Assembly (NCBI GenBank): GCA_002104905.1
Contig: MCFE01000582.1
Location: 1 to 56,180, forward strand
DNA: 56,180 nt
DNA from: Basidiobolus meristosporus CBS 931.73
Taxonomy: Eukaryota > Fungi > Basidiobolomycota
Direction of reading: 5' to 3'
Part shown: positions 24,845-38,500 of the stretch, piece after piece
Position numbering within the stretch: position 1 is the first letter of the stretch
Layout: every line of letters starts with the position of its first letter
Program-made: the position numbers and the translations under genes
The notes under the pieces: generated by a model
Told to the model about the DNA's origin: nothing
What the model saw: the letters and a program-made list of their open reading frames with translations, nothing else
Databases searched by the model: none

Positions 24845-27212
24845 ATGTCGCTAATTCGTAATATTCGTATACTTCGTGCCTCGTTTCCACACCATTGGAT
24901 CCAAACCTATCCTAGTCGTTATTTCAAGAGCAATGTAACCTCTCGTCAATATCTCACCAAAGGCCTCGGTCCTAGTTTGTTTGCCTACAACAATTCGCCC
25001 ATCCTGTTTTGTGGTGGCGAAGCAGTGAACAGTGTTGGTGTAGCTGTGGTCAATGGGACCTCCTCTTCTGCCTCCGGTTCAGCTACGAAGCAGTGCTCCA
25101 ACAAGCACACTTTGGTCAAGAATACCTTTATCCGTTTCATCAACGATCACGTACCCAACTTTTTCAAGAACTATGGCTCCTATTATGGATTATACAAACC
25201 AACCCCTTTCTCTTTTCACCATCGTCCTTTTTCCACCTTTCGTGGCCAGCATCCTCAAGAGTTTCTCACCATCTCCGTTCGGTTCTCTCACACGGTGACA
25301 AACGCCGCTGGCGCCGCCGCAAAGGTGCCGCCTGTGAAGCCCACAAAGGAGGAGATATTGTCCAAAGTGAGCGGATTCTTCCCTCGCCTGAAGATCCATA
25401 TTCAATATGCGCTGATGCGACAAATCCGACCTTGGACCGCGGACGATATCTTCGCATTGTTCTCGTGGATTTTCCTTAGCAATACGCTGTTCATCGCAGT
25501 AGGGACAACCACGTTTGTGAGCATTGTGCTGGCTTTGGCCAACAGTCTACAAGTTCAAGGTATTCACGCTTCTCCAACTAACCAAGGCTTTCTGTTTGAC
25601 ATTAATCGATAAATTCCTTTAGAGTTTATTGCTTACCGGATAGGAGAATATTTAACCAGTCAAACGGGTATGACCGTTCGCTTTGAATCAGCCATCGTAC
25701 CCAACTGGAAAGAAGGGCGCATCAGCTTCCGCAACATTAGCTTTTCCCAGGGACCCATCATCACGAAAACCCGCAAGGTGCCCAAGGAGGAGCCAGAAGA
25801 AACCCATCCGTTCCATGAAGACGCCGTGGGTAGACACAACGACGACGATGATGATGACGACGACGAGTACACGATTGAGGTAGACAATAACCTCACCATG
25901 TTTGATATTACTGTTGAACAGATAGATGTCACACTATCTTTCATGCGTTGGCTTGACGGTAACTTCCATGCAAGGATCCCTTCTCAGCAGTACATCTAAC
26001 AACATCCATGCAATAGGCAAGAGTCTGGTCAAAGACTGCACGTTGAAGGGCGTCCGTGGTAACGTCGACCGGCGGAATGTCTGGTGGGATCCGAACGAGT
26101 TGTGGGACCCAGTCTCCGCTCGCCGCCAGCACGTGCACGGGGATTTTGAGATAGAAACGTTTGTGGTGGAGGATCTCCTGGTTACCCTCTGTCAACCCGA
26201 CGGGTTCCGCCCATACAACATCTCTATCTTCTCAGCAAGCTTCCCCATGCTTCGTAAACAGTGGTTGATGTATGACATGATATGTGCCGATTCGATTGTG
26301 GGAATGGTGGACAATTGCCTGTTCAGTGTGCACAAGCCCCAAACAGTGTGGACGAGCGGCGACTTCGAGAGCAAGCTGAAGTATTCACGGATATCTCACT
26401 TCAAGATTGACGGCCTGAATATTGATCATCTAAACACCGGTGTGGAAGGGCCTTTTGGCTGGATCACTTCGGGGACGGTAGATATCTCAGCCCACATCAT
26501 GATCCCCCAGAACCCAGACAATGCCGTGTTCAAACAGATGGTCACCGAGCTGGTCGACAAGTTTGACAACGTGATTGATTTTGACAAGCCAATCCTGGTC
26601 ATCAACATCGGAGACAACAACACCAAAGAGATCACTCTAAATGATATGCTCAAGGATGTTCGAGTCAAGTCCGGTAGCAACCGAACGAAGCAGCCTCAGG
26701 CTCCATTGGATTCGGACTCGGAGGCCTCCCTGGTGATGAATTTCGATCTCCGATTCAACAATATCAAGGCAGCTGTCCCACTGCAAACGCAAGATATCTC
26801 CTACCTCAACAATGCTCTGATCCGGCCCATTGTCGCCTACATGAATGCCAACCGCACTCGACTCCCCATCAAATGCCAGCTCAAGCTTGACCTGGTGAGT
26901 ATCTGCTAACCACCCACCTACCCCGGCCACTAGTGCTAACTTTTTATCCTTTTCTAGTCGAACTTCGATGGGTCCTGGACCATCTACGACAGTTGCTTGG
27001 TGGACTCTCTTTCCGAGGAGGTTGGCAAAGCGTTCGCGCAGCTGGTTCAAGACGAGCGCGAGCGCAATCGGCGTTTGAAGCGAGTGGGTCTTTGGAGCTT
27101 GCAAAGCATCACCAAAAGCTTGATCAGCCTGTTTGAATATGTGCGAGGCACCCGTAGTTTTTGGCATTTCATGGGTCTAACCGGTCTATACGACCATCCA
27201 ATTAGGTCCTAA
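24845..27212 (+). CDS. MDM31: Mitochondrial distribution and morphology protein Mdm31/32, 4 exons
   Basis: Presequence; LMRQIRPWTADDIFALFSWIFLSN...GTTTFVS; FESAIVPNWKEGRISF; FDITVEQIDVTLSFMRWLDGK; KISHFKIDGLNIDHLN-like; IRPIVAYMN; SLQSITK. Introns at about 25560-25623, 25959-26017 and 26897-26958. Confidence 0.95.
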
Positions 27213-28795
27213 ATATTCCCGACAATCATCTTGTATTCTCACATTTCTCAACATCCGTAACATCCTATTAGTCCTTCTCATATATATTTCACTTTTCTAT
27301 TTTTGAAACTCGTAAACTTGTATTTTCTCCATTAAACGATCACCACCGAATGCGCTGTCGCCGTTAAAATATCGAGCCATCACCAGGCCAGCAGCCTCCT
27401 AAATCCACGGGTTGGTGAATTCATGGGGCCGCGTTGACGACGGTGGTTGCAAGCGTGCAGGCCTATCGCGTAGGTCGTCAATGGTGCGGTACGTCACATG
27501 CAATCAGGTTCATGACAGCATTGCTGAAGTGGCTGACTCGTAGTATGCGCAACCTGGATTTCTATCTGGGCGAATCAGAACCACATCTGCATTCAACCGC
27601 CCCAGAATTCCAGCCAAGCATTATTCCCGAATGGTTTGGACCGGAATAGATGGGCTCTTTATTGTGCATTCCATGATAGATAGAACCATCGAAATATGGA
27701 CAGGAGAATTGCCGTGCGGCAGCATGCGCCATTCGCCAGCTCTTTCTTGCACCTCAGCCCGCAGGTCCAGTGCCCTCACCTGGCTAACTCGATCAGGAAC
27801 AGTAATAAATGAATTTCAAATGGGCCTACCGGCCATCATCATTCATGCTCCTGCAATTGGCAGGAGTCGGTGGAAATGATGATATAGCCGAGGATGGGCT
27901 CGATCGAATCCACTTTTCACGCTTACATCACACCCCGTCCCAGCTGTAAACCAGTATTTGCTGTTTTGGCGTCCGGCGAACAACAAGGTTCACGTTGGCC
28001 ATCTGTGTGATTGATCTCTCCGGTCTATACAATCCGCCCTGGTGAAACCTCGGCTCAATAAAGTAAAAGCTTGTTCCTCAGCAGGACATCGGGGCTGCTA
28101 CTCTACAATATACCCTTGAAATCTCCCGGTGTATTAGCGAGATCGAGAGTGAACACGCTGCTCAGGAGGCTTCGTTAGCGTTCTTTGCTGGCCGCCAGAC
28201 GGCTTTCGACACTCGCCTCGAAACAGAGGCTCGTATGGTTTGCCAGCGGTAAAATACGTAAGCACTCACAAGCTTAATGGGGCTTGATACCGTATCCATT
28301 CAGGGGTCGAAGGGATCTCGGACAGGATTGTGAGGGTTCGCTACATTGCCCGTCTTGGTGAATTCCCAATTCCCAGACCCTCTAAGCCACCGATCCCAAT
28401 TGTGAAGGCACCTCGAAAAATCGTTAGCTCAGATGGCAGCCAACTATTCATGGAATACTCGAGGGGGAGTTTCATGTTCCGATCAAAAACTATGTTTGTT
28501 ATGGATTAAATGGTACATTCCGCTTCAGTGTTTTTAGAATAAGGATTATCGAAGAGATGCGCTTGGCCCGAAAACACAGAGTCAACTACAAAAGGAGGAT
28601 GACAAATTAAGGAGATAATTAAACAACTTCATAGTGAAGAAAAAGCGGATTGAGCTTGGAATTTGTACATATTAGTGAAGGAACAAACGTCGAACCAAAG
28701 AGACTATCTAGAGAGTCCGAAATATAAAGATAGATGACCTGGCGCCGGAAGAGGCCTAAGGCCAGTCCACCTTACACTCGTCGCCTAGGAAGACC

Positions 28796-29164
28796 CTATT
28801 TGCTCATTTTGTTCTCCAACTCGAGAAGATACAAAAGAAATCTATCGTTGGAAAAGTCCCGGAACTCTGGGTGTCTACTTTTTGAGGATTGAAATCTTTC
28901 CATCGTCTCGACACTGAGCATGAGTGACTTTCTCTTTCTTTTGGCGTCAAGCGATAGACGCCTGCCAGGCTTTTCCAGCTTGTCGGCTCGATTTATGGTA
29001 GGGCTAGTGTTTTGCTCGTACATCTCCTCATAGCTGGTGTTTAATTCCGGTTTCTCGCTCATCGTATAAACCTTGTTGTCGGACACGCTAGGGATAGTCG
29101 TCGGTCGGCGTTGCGTCGAACTGGGTGGTTCTAATGTATGGGTTGAAGAAATATTAGCTTTCAA
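28796..29164 (-). CDS. Small hypothetical protein with a basic NLS-like patch and a C-terminal ribbon-helix-helix-like segment
   Basis: 122-aa ORF (or 88 aa from MSEKPELN) with protein-like composition, ending AKRKRKSLMLSVETMERFQSSKSRHPEFRDFSNDRFLLYLLELENKMSK. Confidence 0.55.
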   Translation of the reverse strand: MKANISSTHTLEPPSSTQRRPTTIPSVSDNKVYTMSEKPELNTSYEEMYEQNTSPTINRADKLEKPGRRLSLDAKRKRKSLMLSVETMERFQSSKSRHPEFRDFSNDRFLLYLLELENKMSK

Positions 29165-31674
29165 GAATTGACGGTTTATAACAGAAGGACTTGGGTGATT
29201 CGACGATTCTAGCCTATGAGCTATAGGGAGCTTTTCGAATCAAGGAGTGGCAGGAGTGGGAATTAACAAGACTATCCCAAAGTCAGTTCATGGGTTTTAC
29301 CTCAATGTCAATGAAGCAGTGCTCAACGGCGAGTGTTCTGAGAAAGGAAGTATTGGTGAGCAATCGGGAAGAAGAGTAAGTAACGGTGTGTGTAAAGACA
29401 AGTCACTCCTTTTAAAACACGTAACCTGCACTACCACTCTACACCTATCTCAAGATGAATACTGGAGCATATCAATCAGGTGTAGAAATGAGATTACGTC
29501 GTCATTTCCCTCCTGCGATAATATAGGATTATGAATTCCAAATTGGCCCTCCATCCTGATTGGCCCATCGTTCCGAATTCATTAGAAAGAGCATACCTGG
29601 CCCCAGCGATATTTTGAAATTGATTCTTACTCTTGATATAGAAGAGCAGCCTTCCATTTTTGTTTTGCATGACCATTTTGGGCCAGCTAACATTGCGGGG
29701 ATGTGGAGACATTGGAACTGCCTGTGATTGCCGATCGGACTGTTGCAGATAGAACATAAGAAATGATGTATCCGAAAATGAGTGGGTGATGTGTGAGCCT
29801 CATATGTCGTAAGTGTTCCAATAGCGGCTTGACTAGATTTTGCCAAAGAACTCGTCGACTGTTCATTTGCAACGACCACGATGCCATATGATATTTCTCC
29901 TCCACGGCACTCGTTACGAACCGGGGCACGCCTTAATTAAGTCGTGACACTATCACAGAACATGAATGTATTCCAGAAGCGAAGTTGGTGGGAATCAATG
30001 CAAGCTGGTCGGTTGTGGTGCTTACGTATGCCCCATAGGTTATCGATATGATCATTATGTCAGCTACCCCTACTTCAGCAAGTCTTACAGTTTGCCTACA
30101 CATCAGTAGCAATCTGGTGCTGCCAAAGGGATAGGCTGTGTAGCCATGGGCGATGCTTTCAGAATACTGTTGCAAGGGAGGGAGGCTGTATCTCACATGT
30201 GTCGCAAGCTTGTCTTCCATAATTGGATTGCACGATGAAGACAGATGACCACAGTGGGGTGAGCTATATGGGTTTCTATCAGGCACCGATTTGTTTAGCT
30301 AGCATGCGCCAAAATATCCAAGGTGCTTGCGGGAAACATACCGCTTGGTACGGACGGGAATGAAGCGAGGTAAATCAGGAAGTGTCACGCCCTTATGTCG
30401 CCGTATATTCGGCAGAATTCGGGTGGTGGGAACGCTGGAGCTCCATTTTAATTTGCATACTAGCAGATCAGCCTGATGGAGCTGGTTTTCTCAAGGTGTG
30501 TGTTGTTGGTAAAACACTGTGATCACTGCTGGCAAGCTCTGAGCATGATGACGTTGAATCGGCTGTCCAAAAGAGCCGTAATCATTAGCATTCATTTGAT
30601 GTGGGAATATAAAGGACTTGGACCGGTGATCGATTCTTGATATCATCTCATTGAATGCTCCTTGTTCTCAGCACAAACACTGGTGAACACCACACCTCTC
30701 TGTTCCCGGTAGCTGTTCCCGCTGAAGGGTAGAGAAAAACCATCCCCGTTCGAGGGTGTGTGCAGGGTGGTGGTTACGGAGCGCCTTGTGTGGGACGATT
30801 CGGGATCCCGGCGGAATTGTGCCCAAATCCAGACAATCTGTCGCAGTTTGAATAGTGCTGCTTCGATAGACCGAAGTAGGATTCGCTTTCAGCATCATAT
30901 AGCATCCTAGGGCTAATAGATGGACTTGGTGGTCCAAGCACCAATCATCTCCACCAGATTACTACTGAAGCAACCTGCCAATGACTGCAGCGACACAATA
31001 ATCCACCGGGTGCTGAGTGAGCGGATGCCAAATGCCAATGGAGTTTATATCTGGCCACTAATCGCTCATCATGATTCACGCGGAAAGCGCACTAGTTTGC
31101 CCATTAGCAGACATCGCCCTGAAACAGTGGAGCGGGCTTTTCATTTGGCAAAGACCAAGAAATATGATCACACAATCAGACATTGATCAGGCCCCTGGGC
31201 TGCCACAGTTTGATAGGTGTGAGTGTCTGCTGATCGATATCTCGAGTACCGAGGTACAACTCAAGGATTCATCTTGGCCTCATTCTGGTCAAAACACGTC
31301 CTCCTAGCCACCACTGGTTAATACCGTTTTGGGTGATCAACGCAATTTTCGCGTCCATTGGTCCTGGTATCAAACATGTTGAGCCATATCGAAGTGTAGC
31401 TCCTGGTGGCCATTGGCTATTCTTGATAGGCCGCAAGTCATCCGTCCGATACCGAAGTCGATGCCTTGGTTCTTGCCAAGGCGATCGTTGTAGTTACGAT
31501 CAAATCTCCCATTTGGCGTCGCTTTAGATATTTATATTAGCCTTGTTCTAGATGTTGCCTCTTTCTATAACTGGTTCCTAGTCTAGTTCTCAAAACTCTG
31601 CCTATCGAAGAACCAAGCTGTAGAAGCGTACACATTACTCTATTCTGCACTCAACCCTGAACAGTCGTGAAAAC

Positions 31675-32996
31675 ATGAATCCATTGCTACAAAGTCACTC
31701 GCCTAATTTCCAGCTCCCGCACTTCACACAAGACCAATTAGCCACCTCTCTCCCCCTCTCCCCAAATCCTGCGGTTATCACGTCTCCCTCTTCACCCAAT
31801 ATCAAGATCATGAACAACACTTTTGTTCATAAGCTTCATGGGTAACTTATCTTTATAGTGGCACTAAACAAGCTTCATGTTAACTTTCCCTTCGCAGGAT
31901 GGTGGAAGATAAACAGTATCAGCACCTGATCTCCTGGAACTACTCCGGAACCTCTTTCATCGTTTGTAATATAGTAGAGTTCTCGAGAGAGGTGCTGCCG
32001 AAGCATTTCAAGCATAACAACTTCTCTAGCTTTGTTAGGCAACTCAACATGTAAGAAAATGCACCATAGCCTCACCGCCAGTATGCTGGTCTTATAAACC
32101 GTTCTATGCGCAGGTACGGCTTTCATAAAGTCAACAAATCTCCAAGAGGACATCGCACCTTAGCCGAAAACCAAATATGGGAATTCTCACACTCGAAATT
32201 CTTACGTGACCGTCCGGATTTCTTGGATGATATCAAAAGAAAATCCATGGAGTCGGACACGTTGCGCCGTGAAGCAGGTGACTTGCATGCGCACATCTCC
32301 ATGATGCAGGTCGCTCAGTCAGATATGATGCAGCAAATAGCTAATCTTCAACAGAATCTTGGCGAAGTATTTGGTGAGCTTTCCGAAACCAAAAGAAAGC
32401 AGGACATCCAACAACAAATGATGAAAGACATGCTCGACTATCTGCAACAGCACAATTCTGCCCCTGGCTCCTGTAAGGAAACATCCAAGCACCATACTTA
32501 ACTCGCCCAATCTAATATCAATTGTGTCGTATACATAGCGTTGCCAGCAGGGCTTCATTTCGAAAATCTGGACCTGAAATCGGAAAACGACCGACCACCA
32601 ATATACATCACCACACCTGATACTACTGACATATTCAACAGCTCTCATTACGGGAATCAGCGGTTCCATCACCCAAACCCCGGCTTCGCCACCCAGCCGA
32701 TCGCGTCCAGTATGCCATCCTTCAATCGAAATGGGCTGCAAATCCAGGTGAATCCACAATATCTGAACAACGCCAGTCATGGCAACATGACGCAGTCCCC
32801 GCTTTCTCCTGTATCTCTACAGAGTTATAACCAAGCAGTAAATACACCACTTCCGCCATCTCCAATGCCCGGCTCTCCACTGGGGAACCTCGTTTCGGAT
32901 GACGAGATGAACAGTCCTATCTACAGCCCAAGCCCACAAGGGTTTCACAGCCCCGATTATATTGGTGATGCCGATACATTGTTTGACATTCAATAG
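31675..32996 (+). CDS. HSF-type DNA-binding transcription factor, 4 exons
   Basis: FVHKLH|MVED...ISWNYSGTSF...VLPKHFKHNNFSSFVRQLNM|YGFHKV...WEFSHSKF, followed by a heptad coiled coil and a P/S-rich tail. No receiver domain is seen. Confidence 0.93.
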
Positions 32997-33379
32997 GTGC
33001 TCTTTGTTCATTAATTCACGACCAGCTTGTGTTTTTCTTTTGGGTGTTGGGACTTTCTTGACTTAAGAAACACGCATGTCACATGACCTAGCAAGGACTT
33101 GGAATCACACAGCTGCTTAAATGCTTGGCAGAGTGTGATTGAAGATATGACCCGAAGCTCGAGTGTTTGGTCTGTATTTGTAAATTCCAATGGACACGAG
33201 AATAAATATGGAGATTAGGAACCGCTTTATTACAATGCGCCCATAGATTCTGTCAAGTGGGTATGAGGTAGTGAGGACTGACCATCAATATTTGGGCATT
33301 CAAATGGTAATAATCTTCAAGCTTCATTGGCATATATATACATATACAACCAGATGATCATACAACTGTAGCAGACAGC

Positions 33380-35155
33380 CTATTTGCGTCCACTAGCAAA
33401 GTTGTTGATCAATCCTCCGATAATATCACTAAACTCATTAAATCCTTGTGATTGTTGATTACTCTCAGATTGGCTGTTGTAACCACCGCCAGGTTGGTTA
33501 TTGCTGGATTGGCCAGGGGCGTTTCCAGACTGATAGTTGCCAGGTTGGCCGTATCCACCGCCTGGTTGATTGTTGTTAGACTGATATCCGCCGCCTGGTT
33601 GGTTATTGTTTGACTGATATTCACCGCCCTGCTGGCTGTTTCCAGACTGGTTATTGGACTGGTATCCACCACTAGGTTGATTGTTCGATTGGCCATGGCC
33701 ACTGCCAGGTTGACCGCTGCTAGACTGATATCCGCCGCCTTGCTGGTTGTTTCCAGGCTGGCCATAGCCCCCAGACTGATTATCGGACTGGTATCCACCA
33801 CTGGGTTGATTGTTGTTCGATTGGCCATATCCACTGCCTGGTTGATTGTTGCTAGACTGATATCCGCCGCTTTGTTGGTTGTTTCCAGACTGGCCATATC
33901 CGCCACTTTGCTGGCTGTAACCACTGCCAGGTTGGTTGTTGCCGGACTGGCCGTAACCACCCCCAGATTGGCTATGACTAGACTGTCCATATCCCCCTCC
34001 AGGTTGATTATTGCCAGGTTGATTGTACTCACCACTCGATTGGCTATTGTTGTGCTGGCCATATTGATTGCCACCTGATTGCCCATAACCACCTTCAGGC
34101 TGGTTATTGCTGGATTGACTATATCCGCTGCCAGACTGATTGTATCCACCACCAGGCTGGTTGTTGTTGGACTGGTTATATCCACCGCCAGGCTGATTAT
34201 TGCCGGATTGACTATATCCACCACCAGGCTGATTATTGCCGGATTGACTATATCCACCACCAGGCTGGTTGTTGTTGGGTTGATTGTTGCTAGACTGAGG
34301 ACCTCCAGAGGGGCCCTGGCCTTGCCCATGCCCGCCAAGGAAAGAGCCGACAACGCTTCCCAGGTTGATTCCACCGATGTTAATGCCGGAGGCAAATTGC
34401 TCCACAATTCCCATCACCATATCCTGTGAAGGGGTCTTTTGGTTGAGCTCCCGCTCGATATTCTCCATCACAGAGCTTTCGAATGTGGGCATGATGTTCC
34501 CTGCAACCTGCTGGACTACCTCCTTGACCTTTTCCAGAACCTGCCCAAGCCCTTCATCCAAAAGGCCTCTTGACGCCATACCCCCAGGGTTCAGAATATC
34601 CCGAACCGCTGCTGGCATGTTTTCGGTAAGCTTGTCGTAGATCCCTTGGCCTGCCTGATGAACATATGGACGAACTTGCTCCAAAGCATGATTGATGACC
34701 GTTTGGCGGCCTTGGTTGAGAAAGTCAGCGTTCAAAGCGCGACTCTTCTCGTTCTCACTTCCTATGTCACGTGAGGCCTCCTTTGTTCCGGCACCTCCCA
34801 ACTTGTTTGATATGGTGTGCTTGCATTCAGTAACGATAGAGCTCGTCAAGAAATCCACTGTTCCCGTGGAGGCTCTATCAACTTGTTCTCGGGAAATTTC
34901 GGTAAGCTTCACTTCAATATTTTCCAACACGTTGCCTACTGTGGAGTTGACCTTCTGCATTATGTTATCAATAAAACCACGGTCCCGAACTTCACGAGAA
35001 CCAGAGTTACCGCCTCCAAGGATGCCTTGAATAGCCGGAGGGAGTTTGGCTATCAGGTCTTGTTTGGTTTCACGCACATTAGAATCTACGTGCTTGCGTA
35101 TCGCCGGCTCAAAGTTGTCAACGAAACCATTTAATACTTGTCCTAATGCTTCCAT
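33380..35155 (-). CDS. Orphan protein with an amphipathic helical N-half and a long G/Q/N/S/Y repeat (prion-like) C-half
   Basis: Single long ORF. The probable start is MEALGQV at 35155, although the ORF is open further upstream. Repeats of NNQPGGGYxQS. Confidence 0.85.
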   Translation of the reverse strand: MEALGQVLNGFVDNFEPAIRKHVDSNVRETKQDLIAKLPPAIQGILGGGNSGSREVRDRGFIDNIMQKVNSTVGNVLENIEVKLTEISREQVDRASTGTVDFLTSSIVTECKHTISNKLGGAGTKEASRDIGSENEKSRALNADFLNQGRQTVINHALEQVRPYVHQAGQGIYDKLTENMPAAVRDILNPGGMASRGLLDEGLGQVLEKVKEVVQQVAGNIMPTFESSVMENIERELNQKTPSQDMVMGIVEQFASGINIGGINLGSVVGSFLGGHGQGQGPSGGPQSSNNQPNNNQPGGGYSQSGNNQPGGGYSQSGNNQPGGGYNQSNNNQPGGGYNQSGSGYSQSSNNQPEGGYGQSGGNQYGQHNNSQSSGEYNQPGNNQPGGGYGQSSHSQSGGGYGQSGNNQPGSGYSQQSGGYGQSGNNQQSGGYQSSNNQPGSGYGQSNNNQPSGGYQSDNQSGGYGQPGNNQQGGGYQSSSGQPGSGHGQSNNQPSGGYQSNNQSGNSQQGGEYQSNNNQPGGGYQSNNNQPGGGYGQPGNYQSGNAPGQSSNNQPGGGYNSQSESNQQSQGFNEFSDIIGGLINNFASGRK

Positions 35156-35588
35156 GCTGTCGCAATTTGAGAGCAGAATTCTCATCTGCAATCTGAATTT
35201 AAAGGTTACGTTCAAAGAGTTCGTCATCGTGATGACTGGCATTACAACTCGACGGGATCTCATTGGCTTAATTTGTGTTACACGATGTTTATCTCGTAAT
35301 AATGAATTTATTTCAAGTATTATAAGTAAAATGTTCATTTGCATTAGACGAATGATGACGTTTCTATGGTGTTCCACAACAGAAACCAAAATTAGAGTCA
35401 TGTCATCTCCGTACAAGCTCCAAAATGCTCAATAGTCTCAAGAAGCCCGATGATTGAAAAATAATATTGACGGTGGCTAATCAGGTTGGTACAAACATCT
35501 ATTGCAATAAATCTTGAAACGGGAAGCATGATACGTATATTCTAAGAAAAAGCCGAATTGTTCACTAAAGGTGACAAAATTTGATCGT

Positions 35589-38500
35589 TCATTCAAATAA
35601 TGTCATTTCTGTGGAAGATTCTCCCGATTTGTCTTTCACACTTTGCTTGATGGTTCGTGCCCTTGAGCTCCTACGTGTAGGAATTCTCGACTTGCCTCGG
35701 GGTTCCTTTTTCCCTTTATCGTTCTTGGATGATCAGGTTGAAGCGTTAATGTATGGGGTATTGATATAGCATTCTACATAAAGGAACATTACCTTGGCAG
35801 CTGTCGATTTGAAATCAATATCATCATCCGCCTTCATAAATAGGTTAATAACAAATTCATCGAACTTTCGTGTATTATCGATCACCTTTTGGAGAGGTCT
35901 CTGGTGTTTAGTTTTGGACATATATTGATATAAAACATGGTGCCCTTCTGCCGTCTAAAAGCATCCTGTTAGACTTGAATTCGAAGTACGAGGGATCTAC
36001 ATGCCTTTCTCCGTTTAGGAATAATTTCTATAGTTGAATTACTGGGTAAATCGTTTTGGCGATCTGTAGAACCTTTCCCCCTTCTTGGAGATGGCCACTG
36101 ATTTTCCTCAGCCTTAAGCTATATAGAGTTAATCCTATTTAATTGTAATTTGAATGACTGCACCGTTACCTCGATATCTAACGTCAAATCCTCAGTATCA
36201 TTCCCTTCACTTTCGTTGTATCTGAATCGCCCTCCAGAGTTGGAGATTTCGGATAGCGAAAGAATCTGCAACTGTCTGAGTATATTTCTTGGATCAGGGG
36301 TATTCGTATTAAATTAACCTTCGGGTTTCCATTCTGCTTGCTTCCATTTTCGACCATCTTTTTAAGTGTCTCAATAGATAGCTGACTCTCTTTTAAGGCC
36401 CTCTCCAAGGAAATCTATTTTTTACATGAATATCCACCTGAGCTGCTAACTATATTAGATTGGCCCAACCTTTTCTGCTCGATTGTTTCCCAACTCCTTG
36501 ACTAAGCTTTCAATTTGATGACTCTTCTTTTGTAGATCATTTCTTAATTGGCTCTTTTGCGATGTGATGAGCAGACATATCTTATTAGAGTTGATCAGAT
36601 TCTAATACCTCTTCACGCCTCCAGAAATCTTCAAACTGTTGGGCCTGCTGCTGCAGCTTCGTATCAACCAGCTGGAAAAGTCTTACCAAGGACACCATAT
36701 ACAGTTTTGTTGGTGAATAACACGTACCTCTTGCGATATGTTTGCTCCAGAGTTTGTGACCCTTTTCTGTTGTAATTTGAGGTTCATGTAGTTCGATTGT
36801 TAATTATAACACATTACCTTAAGCTCCTCGTTTTCTTTCTTTAAAGCAGCTATATCTAAACTAAAGGCCTCGTGCTTTCGTAATAGACTTTGGCGCTCTG
36901 ACTCCACTGCTTTGTAGTTATCTTCAGTCTTCTGGTGCTTCTCTGCAGACAGGTTATGCTCCGCCTTGAGTTCCTGGTACCAAACAACAATATTTAGATC
37001 CTATGTCGCATTACTTTAGTGTACTCACCTCTAGACTGTTCAGATAATTGGCCTCATTCTTGTTAATTTCTATATGCAGAGCTTCAACTTCATCTTCTAA
37101 AGATTTTATTTTCTTCTCGGAAGAGGTCTAATATATGCTTTGTTAGTGTTGTATTGATAGCATATGAGTCCCCCTATCTCACTGAGCACCTTTTGACTTT
37201 GGTTCTGGTTTTCTTTATCCTGAAGCTCTAATTTCAAATTCTTGACTGCCTCACTCTCCTGTGAGACAAATACCGAGTTGAGCTCAACCTTTAAACTCTC
37301 AATTCTAATTATAACAGTGAGCCAATTGAATTATAGCAACGAAATATCAGATACTTACTGCTCTCTTAATCCAGTTATTGTTTTTAGGGATTCGCCCTGA
37401 ATGCTTTCGTGTTCGTTTTTTTGTTGATTAATGTCAGAGAGTAGATTGCCAACTCTACTAAAACATTGTATTATATGCGTTTTCCACCATACCTATACGG
37501 TGCCTACCTTTGCTTTAATTCCAATAGCTCCTTTTTCAATGATTCGTTTTGATGATTTACGTCTCTAATTGCTTCCTCATATTCTTTTATTCTAGCAAGG
37601 GCCAATTATTGAATTGAATTATAAACACTTGAAATATAACGCCGAATCTTACTGAGAATCCAAATTGTCCGTATTCTGTTTCCAGCTACGACGCTCTAAT
37701 TCGTGATCATTAATATTCTTCTCGATGCTAACTTGAAGACTATCCACCCTATAGCAGTTCCGGTGTTAGTAAAGATAGTCTTTATTTTGCTGATGGGCTA
37801 CCAAGACCTCCGATCCATATCTTGTATGGTCAATTTGTATTCATTTTCCCTTGTCCGTGAGTATGAGAGCTCTTCCTCGAGCTGATGAACTTGAGTTGAT
37901 TTCTCCCGCATCAAATTCTCTATTCTAAAAGGAGATTTAAGATATTTGTTTGTCAGAAAGAGAAATTCAGGACGGATGCATACGTGTTTCGAGCATCCTC
38001 AAGAAGATGGTTGGTCTGCTGATTTTGAAGTGACAGATCGGCTTTATACTTTTCAAATTCAAGTCGCTGCTTCTGGCACTCATCAGATTTCAACGTGATT
38101 TCTTTTCTCAAAGACTCTAGCATGTTTTCTAAAATATTGTGAGATTTTGTCAATTGATAATTTTCAATATATCCATACCAGAATCTATTCTGCTGTCCTC
38201 AAGCTGCTTACGCTCCTTACTTAAGGATTCTTTCAAAACATTAATCTCTGACTGACTCTTATCCAACATTTCTTGATATTTAGATAATTGAATACGTAAG
38301 TGCTCGCGCTCTGAGAGGATGGCTTCATTTTTTTCATTATTTGCACAAGCCGCTTCATCATCTTCCGATCAATCAAAGTCAGATTCAATACGAACAAACA
38401 CAAAAACTAGGTAATTACTCGTTTTTCGCATAACTTCAATAGCTTTAGCTAGCTCAGTAGCTTCATTTCGCTTGATGTGAAGTTCTATATCATGTGTTAC

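Noticed and set aside
28425-28485. TAGCTCAGATGG (A-box-like) followed by GTTCCGATC (B-box-like)
   Set aside because: No cloverleaf can be folded and the B box is degenerate.
29247-30286. Cluster of minus-strand ORFs with possible splice sites and a CxxC
   Set aside because: I could not assemble a unique gene model, and the zinc-finger spacing does not fit.
33409-34429. Long alternative-frame and hydrophobic antisense ORFs
   Set aside because: By-products of the G/Q/N/S repeat coding sequence.
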